Source: Candidatus Sungiibacteriota bacterium
GTDB lineage: Bacteria > Patescibacteriota > Minisyncoccia > Sungbacterales > SURF-37
Direction: 5' to 3'
NCBI GenBank assembly: GCA_016186145.1
Contig: JACPMF010000002.1
Location: 18,473 to 82,472 of the forward strand
DNA length: 64,000 nucleotides
Of this stretch, positions 19,791 to 29,443 are shown in pieces. Numbering within the stretch: the first letter of the stretch is position 1; every line of letters starts with the position of its first letter. The position numbers were made by a program, and so were the translations under genes. Below the pieces are notes generated by a model, which did no database searches, was not told the DNA's origin, and saw only the letters and a list, made by a program, of their open reading frames with translations.

Positions 19791-19888
19791 CTCCTTTTGC
19801 GTTTTGCCCCACAGATTACTGTAGTATTCCTTAACAGAACATTCGTTTTTTGTGTAGTGAGTCCTTCATATCATTTAATGAATATATG

Positions 19889-21211
19889 CTAATCGAGAAA
19901 TGACCGCAAGGCTTCTACCAACCGTTCTGTGGCCTTTCCATCAAACCGATAAGCCTGCTCTTCAACAATACGCCTTCGCCCAACTTCCTCTAAACGCGGA
20001 TCCTTCAGATACCGCAGAACGAGAGGATTCAAGGCCTCTCGCGTTTCCGCGAAGCGAACCCCTCCGCTTTTTGTTATGGGAAGATAATAGTCGCATTTAT
20101 AATACCTGCGTATGCTTTCATTAAAAGGCCGCGGGACTTCATCAAAAGCAATAAGGACAACCGGCTTATTGAACGCCGCGGCATCAATCGTAATCGTGGA
20201 ATGGCCTGTTACAACAACATCGCAATAACTAAGTTCCGCGACAAGAGAATCGTCGTCCGCGCGTCCCATCTCATTCAATTTACGATCAATGTTGCCGCGA
20301 GGCGAACCGCGCCCAACCACGTCGAATACAACATTCGCTTTTGTCGCTTTAATTCCATCGAGTGACGCGTAATCGCTTGGCGGAACGCGAATAAGGAGGT
20401 TAACATCAAGCCCGCCGAGCGTTTCCGCCACCGTCTTATCAAGAAGATTATTTTTTATATAGCGATTGCCCACCGGAGCAAAAAGAATGGTTTTCTTCAC
20501 GGAGTCAAGACCCATTCGCCGAAAAAATTCATCGCGCGGCTCAGGCGAAGGCGTAAAGTAGCGATCATAATGCGGAATACCAATGGGCGCGATAATTCGC
20601 TCGGGAACAAAATCAATAACCATGGCCTCTTGTTTTACAATAAGATTCGGTACCACAAGCGTGTCCGGCAAGACACGAATCATGCCCTTGGTCGTCAAAT
20701 TATCCCATGAGCGTATCGCCCCAACAACGGGAACGCGCGCGGCGCGCGCCTCGTGAATCAGGCGGACATCATTCTCATTTTGAATGTCGGTAGAAAAAAC
20801 AAGAGCGGGTGAATACTTTTTTAAAACGCCAGAAAATCGCCCGCGCGGCGTGATTATGCGATCAATCAGGCGAATAACTGCTTGCCCGAGAGAAAAACTT
20901 CCGAACAAACGAACGAACCGGCTTAAAAATCTGCCGGATTCAACCTCGCGAATAATTTCCAACGCGTCGGTATGAACGGCGCTCAATGCCAAATACCGCA
21001 TAATCATGTCGCGCCGATCCATTGCTCGCGGAAATCCATGCACAAAAACTCGTTCGCGCCCGAAATTTTCTTGGAAAAACATTTGCTTGTCGTCAGGAAC
21101 CAAAAGTACTGCCTGCATTTCCGGATCTTCAAGCAGCTTATCCAAAAGCGGCGTCGAAAGAATGTTGCGGGAAATCAACTGGTGGAAACTTGATATTAAA
21201 ATCGTTTTCAT
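19889..21211 (-). CDS. TagB/TagF-like polyol-phosphate (CDP-glycerol glycerophosphotransferase family) transferase, paralog 1
   Basis: C-terminal pattern VVTGHSTITIDAAAFNKPVVLIAFD...YY.CDYY...FDGKATERLV aligns with the TagF TDYSS...FDY...DGNAAQRV pattern. GIPHYDRY motif is shared with the two paralogs. Confidence 0.55.
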   Translation of the reverse strand: MKTILISSFHQLISRNILSTPLLDKLLEDPEMQAVLLVPDDKQMFFQENFGRERVFVHGFPRAMDRRDMIMRYLALSAVHTDALEIIREVESGRFLSRFVRLFGSFSLGQAVIRLIDRIITPRGRFSGVLKKYSPALVFSTDIQNENDVRLIHEARAARVPVVGAIRSWDNLTTKGMIRVLPDTLVVPNLIVKQEAMVIDFVPERIIAPIGIPHYDRYFTPSPEPRDEFFRRMGLDSVKKTILFAPVGNRYIKNNLLDKTVAETLGGLDVNLLIRVPPSDYASLDGIKATKANVVFDVVGRGSPRGNIDRKLNEMGRADDDSLVAELSYCDVVVTGHSTITIDAAAFNKPVVLIAFDEVPRPFNESIRRYYKCDYYLPITKSGGVRFAETREALNPLVLRYLKDPRLEEVGRRRIVEEQAYRFDGKATERLVEALRSFLD

Positions 21212-21237
21212 GAGTTCGTTTCCATTTTCTAATTTCT

Positions 21238-22197
21238 TTATTTCTTAGTTTCTATTTTCTTAATTTCTCGCACCACCTTCTCCGCAATAAATTCTTCCGT
21301 CCGCGCCATGGCGTCAAAACTGGCACCGCCGAGGTGCGGGACGATAAGCAAGTTATCGTGGCGCTTCGCATATTCGACAAGCTGATTATTTTTAATGTGG
21401 CCACCTTTAGGATCCTCGCCGGAAAGAACATCTAAAGCCGCGCCGGCAATCCATTTTTTACGCAAAGCTTCAAGTAGCGCCTTTTCGTCTACCAACTCAC
21501 CACGCGCCGTATTGATAAAATACGCATGCGGTCGCATAAGCCGAAAATGTTTTTTTGTTATCATATTTTCCGTCTCCGGCGTCAAAAGCACATGAAGAGA
21601 CACTACGTCTGCTTTTCGAAAAACGTCATCCGTCCGCGCTTTTCTCACACCACTTCGCCGCATAACTGACTCGGAAACAAACGGATCTGCGGCGATAACA
21701 CGCATACCGAAACATCTGGCATACTTTGCAACAATACTCCCAAGCCGCCCGAATCCGATAATGCCAAGCGTCCTGCCATACAGCTCATTGCCATAATATT
21801 TTTCACGCTCCCACCTGCCCCCCCTTACCGCATCAAATCCCCACGGAAGTTTCCTCATAAGCGCGATCATCAAGCCGATCGTCTCCTCTGCGGTGGGAGT
21901 AATAGTTTTCAAAAACTTAGTTTCTCCACGAAGCGATATGATCTTGATATGACGCCGCTTTACTTCATCAAGGTCAATGTGATTAAGGCCTGTCGTCGAG
22001 GTGCCGATGATTTTCAATCCGGGCAGCTCGTCAAGTTTCGCTTTTGAAATTTTTACATTGAGCTTTACTACCAATACATCCGCGCCGCCTAATTTGTCTT
22101 TTCGCCATTCATAAACCTGCCCGATTTTTCGGAATGTTGCAACCGCCTTTTCTGAATACCCTTTTGGCTCCGTAAGGATGATGGTATGTGGTTTCAT
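21238..22197 (-). CDS. D-isomer-specific 2-hydroxyacid dehydrogenase family (PGDH/GyaR-like)
   Basis: GRTLGIIGFGRLGS NAD-binding motif and a catalytic domain with R/E/H arrangement. Confidence 0.75.
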   Translation of the reverse strand: MKPHTIILTEPKGYSEKAVATFRKIGQVYEWRKDKLGGADVLVVKLNVKISKAKLDELPGLKIIGTSTTGLNHIDLDEVKRRHIKIISLRGETKFLKTITPTAEETIGLMIALMRKLPWGFDAVRGGRWEREKYYGNELYGRTLGIIGFGRLGSIVAKYARCFGMRVIAADPFVSESVMRRSGVRKARTDDVFRKADVVSLHVLLTPETENMITKKHFRLMRPHAYFINTARGELVDEKALLEALRKKWIAGAALDVLSGEDPKGGHIKNNQLVEYAKRHDNLLIVPHLGGASFDAMARTEEFIAEKVVREIKKIETKK

Positions 22198-22198
22198 T

Positions 22199-23236
22199 TT
22201 AATTAATTTTGAATAAATTCTTTACCCGATAAGGCACGAGCTCGTCCCACCTGCTGTAGCGAAATACGTAATTCACCTTTAGCCGCCAGGGAGCAAGCGC
22301 CGATTTGATTTTTACATAAGCCGCCGGGTCGATAGCGCCGGAAATGTCAGAAAACGGCTCACGGCTAGTTTTTTCAGCTACAACCCTTATCTGGAACCCG
22401 GGAAGCCCGCGCTTCTGCCTTTTACGAATGTCGGGGATTTGTAAATGTTCGTCGTCCAGAAAAGCAATTGGTTTAAAACCGGCGGCTTCTACATACTCCC
22501 GCACCGTCTCGGGCGTAAACATAAAAATATGATCAATTTGGATGGAATTAGCGACACGGCCTGAACGCCTTGCTTGTTGTCTGAAATTTTTGACTTCCAA
22601 AATAAGACGCCCGCCGGGCTTAAGACGATGCCAGGCCCAAATTAAGAAGTACCTGGGACTCAAAAAATGATTCAGCGACTGGGTAGAAAGAACGCAATCC
22701 GCCTCTGGAATTTTAATGCCCTTTCTTTCCACATCCTCTATAAGCGTTGCGTGAGTTGAAATGCCTTGACTTCTCGCGTATTCAGCTTCAGCCTCCGACG
22801 GCTCTATGCCGAGAACATCCAACCTATCAAAAACCTTTTTTATGCCGGCAAGAGTACCGCCGGTGCTTGAACCGATGTCAACCAAAAAACCTTTCGCGGG
22901 GAAATAAGACTTTAACTCTTCCGCAAGAGCAAACCCGTGCTTCTGTTGGCGATCAAACCTCGCGGCAAGACTTTCTTCCTCACCACCGCCAAGTACGCGA
23001 TATTCTTCTTGATAAAATTTATCATACCACTCTCTAGTCATACGGGGTGAAATAAAAATCAACCCGCAGCCACGGCAAATCACGGCCCGAGCCCGGCTTT
23101 CTCGGGAAAAACCAAGCACCTCTTGATCTTTGCTGCCGCAAAGATCGCACGAGATATCTTCGTACTTTGCGAGGTCGTATGAAAATGAATGGTGATGAGA
23201 ATGCATAAGGTAAGAAATTAAAAAAAAGTTTGCCAA
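22199..23236 (-). CDS. Class I SAM-dependent methyltransferase with N-terminal Cys4 zinc ribbon
   Basis: CDLCGS...CRGCG ribbon; DIGSSTGG motif I. Confidence 0.65.
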   Translation of the reverse strand: MANFFLISYLMHSHHHSFSYDLAKYEDISCDLCGSKDQEVLGFSRESRARAVICRGCGLIFISPRMTREWYDKFYQEEYRVLGGGEEESLAARFDRQQKHGFALAEELKSYFPAKGFLVDIGSSTGGTLAGIKKVFDRLDVLGIEPSEAEAEYARSQGISTHATLIEDVERKGIKIPEADCVLSTQSLNHFLSPRYFLIWAWHRLKPGGRLILEVKNFRQQARRSGRVANSIQIDHIFMFTPETVREYVEAAGFKPIAFLDDEHLQIPDIRKRQKRGLPGFQIRVVAEKTSREPFSDISGAIDPAAYVKIKSALAPWRLKVNYVFRYSRWDELVPYRVKNLFKIN

Positions 23237-23246
23237 TTATCGTAAC

Positions 23247-24581
23247 TTAATTTCTAAATTTCTCTAATAGGAATTCGCCAAGTCTTTTTCCGGCTTTCCG
23301 GTCAAACGTTCCATAATATTCCTTTACTATTTTCCCGCGCCCCTCCTCATCAAGATTTGGTTCGCGAAGATAGCGCAAAGCCCAATGTTTTAATTCCTCG
23401 GGGCTTTTAACCAGCCGCACACCCCCGCTTTCCAACGCAAACTTATGGTGATCATAATCGTAATACTGGCCGATACTTTTATGATACGCCCTGGGGGAAG
23501 CGTCAAAACCGATAAGAATAGTCGGTTTATTAAATATCGCGGCGTCCACAATCATTGTAGAGGCCCATGTAATAACTATATCACTTGCGTTTAAACAATT
23601 TGCCAGATGCCGGTCCGCCTCTTTTGTCATGTGCGCTTCCGTAAAATTGGGATACATCCCCGGATTATCGAAAACAACATTCTTGGGAGGAACATATTCA
23701 CCAAGTTCATCTCGTCCGACTACCGGAAGGCGGACAAAAACATTGACATCCAGATCTTTCAACGACTCAAGCACTATTGGCGTAATCGGATTTTTTTCCA
23801 AATATTTGTCGCCGGGGGTTGCGAAAAGAATGACCTTTTTTTGCGGGTCAATATTGTTGACCTTTAAAAATTGGCTGCGCGGGGTGCATTCGGAGCTTAC
23901 ATATCGGTCATAATGCGGTATGCCCACGGCAAATACACGATCCCGCGGCATATCGCCAAGGCGCGACACTTCATCCTTTACTCGCTCCGAATTAACCACC
24001 ATATAATCAGGAATGTGGCTTAACAAAGTTTTTGACGTAACGTTATCCCATGAACGCACCATACCAATCGCTGTCACGCCTTTACGTTTTGCCGCACGCA
24101 TCATTTTTACGTCTTGCAAGGTATAGACGTCCGCCGCAAAAAGCAAATCCGGAGAATATCTTTCAAAAAATAAATCAAAATCGACTCCGGTAACAATCTT
24201 GTCCGCAAGAAATCGGTACAAATTGCGCACAAAACGAAAACGTCCCAAGTTGGCCGCGAAAATGGAAAATAGATAATCAAATGCGTTGCGATCGCGGGCA
24301 AACTTTGACCAGCGCTGAATGCTTCTTGTCCTAGTATGAAGCAAATTCGTCGCCCAAACCCACGCCCACCGCTCATTCCATTTTTCCCGTTCCGGAGACA
24401 CCGGGATTCCTTCCACAAGAACATTCGGGCCGCCAAATTCCTTTTGGAGCGTTTCCCTGCGCTTCTCCGGAGCAAAAATAATTACACGGACATCTCCGTT
24501 GGCAAGCGTCGTAAATGCCTCGGTGGATAAAATATTTCTTGAGACAAACCCTTGGAAACAAGTTATAAAGATGGTCTTCAT
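23247..24581 (-). CDS. TagB/TagF-like polyol-phosphate transferase, paralog 2
   Basis: Same architecture as paralog 1: N-terminal MKTIFIT..., GIPHYDRY, and C-terminal IVDAAIFNKPTILIGFD...FDRKAGKRL. Confidence 0.55.
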   Translation of the reverse strand: MKTIFITCFQGFVSRNILSTEAFTTLANGDVRVIIFAPEKRRETLQKEFGGPNVLVEGIPVSPEREKWNERWAWVWATNLLHTRTRSIQRWSKFARDRNAFDYLFSIFAANLGRFRFVRNLYRFLADKIVTGVDFDLFFERYSPDLLFAADVYTLQDVKMMRAAKRKGVTAIGMVRSWDNVTSKTLLSHIPDYMVVNSERVKDEVSRLGDMPRDRVFAVGIPHYDRYVSSECTPRSQFLKVNNIDPQKKVILFATPGDKYLEKNPITPIVLESLKDLDVNVFVRLPVVGRDELGEYVPPKNVVFDNPGMYPNFTEAHMTKEADRHLANCLNASDIVITWASTMIVDAAIFNKPTILIGFDASPRAYHKSIGQYYDYDHHKFALESGGVRLVKSPEELKHWALRYLREPNLDEEGRGKIVKEYYGTFDRKAGKRLGEFLLEKFRN

Positions 24582-24588
24582 TTATAAT

Positions 24589-24620
24589 GCTGAATGCTAA
24601 ATGATAAATGCTGAAACCGT
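24589..24620. repeat. Left inverted repeat of the four-helix-bundle cassette (ATGCTGAAT family)
   Basis: ataATGCTGAATGCTAAATGATAAATGCTGAAA. Its reverse complement recurs at 24975-25012. Confidence 0.6.
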
Positions 24621-24974
24621 TTATTGCTTCGCATTTAAGATGATTCTCGATAAAATTTTAATAATCTGCTCGTTTTCATCAATCAACTTCTCAAATTCTG
24701 TCTCTAAAACAAAACCAAGATCAAATGAAAATCGAATCCAGAATTTTGTTTCAACAGCAGATTTCTTTGCAACAGACACAAACTGAATAAAATCTTTCCT
24801 CGAAACACCAGCGCTGCCTTCAAAAAGATTCGCCGGTATAGAAGTAACCGAGCGAATTAATTGTGAGCTTACGGCAAACCCTTCAGAATTCTTTGGAAAT
24901 TTTCTTACCAGCCTTACGATATCTAGCGCAAAACGATATCCCCGCTCTTGTATATTTTCACCTTTGTTAATCAT
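24621..24974 (-). CDS. Four-helix-bundle protein (TIGR02436; 23S rRNA intervening-sequence protein family)
   Basis: About 117 aa, MINKGENIQERGYRFALDIVRLVRKFPK...KFWIRFS. Start at ATG 24974; the upstream MLNAEYL residues are encoded by the repeat. Confidence 0.7.
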   Translation of the reverse strand: MINKGENIQERGYRFALDIVRLVRKFPKNSEGFAVSSQLIRSVTSIPANLFEGSAGVSRKDFIQFVSVAKKSAVETKFWIRFSFDLGFVLETEFEKLIDENEQIIKILSRIILNAKQ

Positions 24975-25012
24975 CAGATATTCAGCATTCAGCATTTATA
25001 ATTTAGCATTCG
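24975..25012. repeat. Right inverted repeat of the four-helix-bundle cassette
   Basis: atATTCAGCATTCAGCATTTATAATTTAGCATTCG; overlaps the stop of the downstream TagF-like gene. Confidence 0.6.
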
Positions 25013-26367
25013 AGTATTACATTTGCTACGCGCTCGCCCGATTTGCCGTCAAGACGCCAGCATTGTTCTTCCACAAAACGCCTTCTTTGTTCTCTATCAA
25101 GCAAGGGGTCGCGTAAGTATGCATTAATGACGTCGACCAGTTCTTGCCGGCTTCCGGCAAGGCGTATGCCGCGCGCGCGCAATACCTTTCTGAAATGGTC
25201 GGTTTTATAACGCTGTATGGGCGAACGGGCAAGCCGGGAACTTTTTTTGACTTCAAAATTAACGCCGACGGATGGTTTGTCAAAAACAGCGGCATCCACA
25301 ATAATGCTTGCCGAATAACCGACCACGACCGAAGTGTTGGCAAGCAAATTGGTCATGCGCCGCAACTCGTCAAAATCCATATCCCAATCTTCGCTCCGCT
25401 TCGTGCCGAAACGAACACCCGGTAAATCATACTTCAGCCATGGCCGTTTTTTAACTTCTTGTTCATCAAGAAAGTCATTCGGCGGAAACCGAACAAGCAA
25501 TTCGGCATCTTTAATCTCACCGCCGGATATAACTTCGTGAAGAAGATCAATTACCTCCCAGTCTGAATCGGAAAAGGTAACTCCGACCGGCGCATAAAGA
25601 ATCAGGTGCTTCTTGGCATCAAGGCCGTTTTCTTTGAAAAACTTTTCACGCGAGCCAGGCTTGTCGGTTATATATTGGTCGTATTGCGGAATGCCGCATG
25701 CGGCAACGCGTTCCTCCGCCATGTCCGCGTGCTCTACCGCTTCCTGCTTTAAAATCTGATTAAACACAATGAGTTTGTCCGGTAAAAGCCGCACGGAAGA
25801 CCGAGCGGTAAGCTTATCCCAAGAGTTTACATAGCCGACGGTAACGATACCTCGCCGCTTTGATTCACGAAGCAGCGCTGTCTCCCCATCGTCAAAAAGA
25901 TTCGTCACAACCACAGCATCCGGACGGTATTTTTCAAGAACGGAACCGAAACCGGAATCCCCAACCAAATGGTAGTCGACAAACCTAAGCGCTTGCCGTA
26001 CCACTTTCCGGGCTATTACCCAATTAAAAAGCAAACTCGAAACATACCTTGAGTAATTTCTGTGAGAATCGTAAGACATTTTGTGGCGCAAGTCGGTGGT
26101 CGCCGTCTTTATCAGGCGGAATTTCAAAAAACTGAACATGCGCTCCAGCGCTCCGCCGGGAATCCTATAAAAAGCATCGTAGGCCAGCCGTTCGTGAGGA
26201 ATCTCTTGTTGGTACAGCAAGACCCTGTCAGGAAATCTCATAAGGCAAACAATGCGAACATCCTTCTCCTTCAACAAGGCATTGAGAACGCCGGTACGCA
26301 AGATATTCTTTGCGGCAGCGCCGTGAAAAATTGTGAGAAGAATCGTTTTCATCTGCTGGTTATGCAT
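25003..26367 (-). CDS. TagB/TagF-like polyol-phosphate transferase, paralog 3
   Basis: MKTILLTIF..., GIPQYDQY, and C-terminal IVDAAVFDKPSVGVNFE...LDGKSGERV. Confidence 0.55.
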   Translation of the reverse strand: MHNQQMKTILLTIFHGAAAKNILRTGVLNALLKEKDVRIVCLMRFPDRVLLYQQEIPHERLAYDAFYRIPGGALERMFSFLKFRLIKTATTDLRHKMSYDSHRNYSRYVSSLLFNWVIARKVVRQALRFVDYHLVGDSGFGSVLEKYRPDAVVVTNLFDDGETALLRESKRRGIVTVGYVNSWDKLTARSSVRLLPDKLIVFNQILKQEAVEHADMAEERVAACGIPQYDQYITDKPGSREKFFKENGLDAKKHLILYAPVGVTFSDSDWEVIDLLHEVISGGEIKDAELLVRFPPNDFLDEQEVKKRPWLKYDLPGVRFGTKRSEDWDMDFDELRRMTNLLANTSVVVGYSASIIVDAAVFDKPSVGVNFEVKKSSRLARSPIQRYKTDHFRKVLRARGIRLAGSRQELVDVINAYLRDPLLDREQRRRFVEEQCWRLDGKSGERVANVILEC

Positions 26368-26378
26368 GAAGTTCGTAA

Positions 26379-27326
26379 TTATCTAAAATATTCCTTGTAC
26401 CATTCAACTGTTTGGCGAAGGCCTTCCTCCAAAGAGACGCTCGGGGCAAATCCCAAAACTTTCTTTGCCCTTCGTATGTCCAAACACATGCGGTTGACCT
26501 CGCCTTTCTTTGCGGGTTTTTGAAACAATTCTGCCTTAGGTTTTCCGAGGAGTTTTTTAATAATCGAATGTATCTCTCCAAGAGACGCCTCCTGTCCCGA
26601 ACCGATATTAAAAACCGGCTCACTGCCCCTGATGCTCTTTTCAAAAGCCAAAAGATTGGCCCTTACTGCGTCAGACACAAAAACGCAATCTCTTGTTTTC
26701 TTGCCATAGGTATCAGATGGCTCATTCCCAATAATCTGGCGTATAAAATACGGGATTACCCCGGTCTTCCGGCGGGGCCCATAAACGTTGGCATATCGGA
26801 GCGAAACATACGGTAAGCCGTACTGTGCGTTAAAAAACTTAAGGTAATTTTCGCAAGCAAATTTAGAAATTGCGTAAGAATTAGTAAATTGCGGCGGCTC
26901 CGTCTCCGGCGTCGGGATTCGCCTTGTATTCCCGTAAATAAACCCGGAAGAAGCGTGCAGTATTTTTTTTACTCCAAAGCGCACTGCGTTCTCAAGGATA
27001 TTGATGATAATAAAAATACTCTCGGCATCGCGGAGAGGTTCCCGTATGGCAAGCGGTATATCGGTTAATGCCGCAAAATTCATCACAAAATCGGGCCTTT
27101 CTCTTCTAAATACTTCCCCGATATCGCCTGGCGAGGCCGCGTTTGCCCGATAAAACTTAGCTTTCGGATTAATAAAGCTTCCCCCTCTTTTGGATTCTTT
27201 GAAAGCGCTCTTGCCTATGATAACGACTCGCGCGTCACGCCGAAGAAGCTCATCGACAGTATGTGAACCAATGAAACCGGCGCCACCAACCACCACAACT
27301 TTCTTGTTTTTCCAAAAAGTTCCCAT
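26379..27326 (-). CDS. NAD-dependent sugar epimerase/dehydratase
   Basis: VVVVGGAGFIGSH motif. Confidence 0.8.
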   Translation of the reverse strand: MGTFWKNKKVVVVGGAGFIGSHTVDELLRRDARVVIIGKSAFKESKRGGSFINPKAKFYRANAASPGDIGEVFRRERPDFVMNFAALTDIPLAIREPLRDAESIFIIINILENAVRFGVKKILHASSGFIYGNTRRIPTPETEPPQFTNSYAISKFACENYLKFFNAQYGLPYVSLRYANVYGPRRKTGVIPYFIRQIIGNEPSDTYGKKTRDCVFVSDAVRANLLAFEKSIRGSEPVFNIGSGQEASLGEIHSIIKKLLGKPKAELFQKPAKKGEVNRMCLDIRRAKKVLGFAPSVSLEEGLRQTVEWYKEYFR

Positions 27327-27329
27327 ATG

Positions 27330-28457
27330 CTACAAAATTTTATCGATACTCTCCGCTATGTATCGGGATCGGGCAACGCCGGTATGTCCCGCCTTTACAT
27401 TCCCGGCCCAGTTATTTGCGATGCGGACTCTTTTGTCATCATTCGAAAGATAATATTTTATTTTCTCAATAAGTTCGTTACTGTTGATCAAATGATATTT
27501 CCCATCGCGAAATTCTGTTTCATAAAGTACGGCATTAACCCCGTCCTCGAGAAACGGGCCAACAACTTCCATATAAGGCTTTGGGGCAAGAAGAAGGGCC
27601 TGGGGTGCGAGCCCAACCTCGCAGTGCCGGAAAGAGTCCCAAACAACCCCTGACGGAGAGAGCGCGATTTTTGCGCGCGACAAGTTGTCTAAATAACTTC
27701 GAAGCGACAAAAAGGTATGGTGATCTACGTGCTCAAAAACGACTGAACTGGGAAATTGATTCTTAACCAAGTCAACGATATCTCCGCGGTCTCCCGTGCC
27801 TTTCTGCCTTATTTTCCCGCTATAGAAAATATCGACATCCTTGGACAAAACGTTAAAACGATAACTTTCCGGACGCACCGGCACGGGCGCAAGAGGAAGA
27901 ACGACATCGCTTCGCCGACCGAGCGGCAAATCTTTTTTGAAGTAAAGATCATAATCATTTCCCCTTTTGAATCCTCGGCAAATTTCTTCATCAGCGGCCT
28001 GTCCCGCGAAAACCGAATAATGGTCCTTGAAATCAATCATTGCCACAGGAATGCCGTTCTTCTTTGCCAACTGCCCAGCGAGTTCTCTCCGCTTCTTGGA
28101 GCTGCGAGTTGATATCAGAACCGCATCTGCTTCTTTTATGACGCCCTCCAACTCTTTTTCCGGAACATAAGTTGAACGAGGAATGCCGTGACAAGAGGGA
28201 TACGCGCATCCGGCAGGAACTTTTGGGGAGTAAAAATGCGGAAGATATTTGCCGAACACGTAAACATTGCTCTCTCCCAAAAATGCGGGCATGTCGGCAT
28301 AAAACTGGAGCTCGCCATCGTAAACGGAAGTATCTTGCCATAACCTGCGCTTAAAATATTTGGCAGACCGTGCAAAAAAAGCAGCCACTGGTTGGGATGG
28401 CTCTTTTTCAATAATCGGATCAGGCGGCACAATAATAATTTTTTTCAGCTTCTCCAT
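27330..28457 (-). CDS. Hypothetical protein, possible GT-B-like glycosyltransferase (exostosin/GT1-like C-terminal half)
   Basis: No N-terminal signature. The C-terminal part (AKIALSPSG...EDGVNAVLYE...) resembles the second Rossmann half of a GT-B enzyme. Confidence 0.3.
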   Translation of the reverse strand: MEKLKKIIIVPPDPIIEKEPSQPVAAFFARSAKYFKRRLWQDTSVYDGELQFYADMPAFLGESNVYVFGKYLPHFYSPKVPAGCAYPSCHGIPRSTYVPEKELEGVIKEADAVLISTRSSKKRRELAGQLAKKNGIPVAMIDFKDHYSVFAGQAADEEICRGFKRGNDYDLYFKKDLPLGRRSDVVLPLAPVPVRPESYRFNVLSKDVDIFYSGKIRQKGTGDRGDIVDLVKNQFPSSVVFEHVDHHTFLSLRSYLDNLSRAKIALSPSGVVWDSFRHCEVGLAPQALLLAPKPYMEVVGPFLEDGVNAVLYETEFRDGKYHLINSNELIEKIKYYLSNDDKRVRIANNWAGNVKAGHTGVARSRYIAESIDKIL

Positions 28458-29443
28458 CAGGATTCTTCGTTTTTAATCTTATTCCGCCAATAATCAAGAA
28501 GATACGCAATGCTTTCCTCAACGCTGTATTTCGGTTTCCACCCCGTTTTTTCAAAAAACTTACTGGTATCAGGAATTTGAAAAGAGATATCGGCCGGCCT
28601 GAGCAGCGACGGTTCAAGCCGGAGAGGTATTGGCTTTTTGGCTATCGCCGTCAAACGCTTTAAAAATTCACCGACACTCATCACCGCTGTCCCCCCTATG
28701 TTATATACATCGCCGGGGTCGCAATACAAAAGCGCTTCCCAATACGCCCGCATTCCGTCGCGGACATCAAGAATAGCCCGGATGGAATCAAGATTGCCGT
28801 GCGCCACTTCAGACTGCAGACCCGCCTCAACGCGGGCAACCTGACGGGCAAAAGCCGTAGCGAATAAATCGGCCCTTTTTGGGTTTATATAAGTAAACAT
28901 CCTTGTTCGGATTATTGGCAGTTGATATGCAACATAATACACCCGCGCCAGAAGATCTTGGGTAACTTTTGAAACGGCATAGGGGCTTGCCGGACGAAGT
29001 GCGGCTTCCTCCGTAATTGGCGTGTCTTTTTGATCTACCTGCCCGTATACTTCCCCGGTGCTGCACTGCTGAATGAGCGGCTTAATGCCAAGAATACGAA
29101 CGGCTTCGAATAAATTCGATGTCCCGATAATATTATTTGCCAGCACCATTCCCGGCGTAACGAACGAAGCGCGAACGTTGGCATGACTTGCAAGATGGAA
29201 GATACCGTCGGGATTTACTTCCTTCAGCACGGCAAAGGTTGATGCGAAATCCGTAAGATCGGCTTCATGGACTTTTACCCGGCTCGCTACGGCCGAAAGA
29301 TTGTCCCTTGCGGTGCTGTGCCAACGCGCAATACCGTGCACCTCCACTTCGGGATAATTTTCAACGATATATTCGGCAAGATAGCTGCCCCCCGAACCGC
29401 CAATTCCCGTAATTAATATTTTTTTGAATTTCCGCGGCATCAT
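28457..29443 (-). CDS. GDP-mannose 4,6-dehydratase-like NAD-dependent dehydratase
   Basis: ILITGIGGSGGSYLAEYI...VHGIARW matches the Gmd N-terminus (ITGITGQDGSYLAE...VHGI). Confidence 0.65.
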   Translation of the reverse strand: MMPRKFKKILITGIGGSGGSYLAEYIVENYPEVEVHGIARWHSTARDNLSAVASRVKVHEADLTDFASTFAVLKEVNPDGIFHLASHANVRASFVTPGMVLANNIIGTSNLFEAVRILGIKPLIQQCSTGEVYGQVDQKDTPITEEAALRPASPYAVSKVTQDLLARVYYVAYQLPIIRTRMFTYINPKRADLFATAFARQVARVEAGLQSEVAHGNLDSIRAILDVRDGMRAYWEALLYCDPGDVYNIGGTAVMSVGEFLKRLTAIAKKPIPLRLEPSLLRPADISFQIPDTSKFFEKTGWKPKYSVEESIAYLLDYWRNKIKNEES

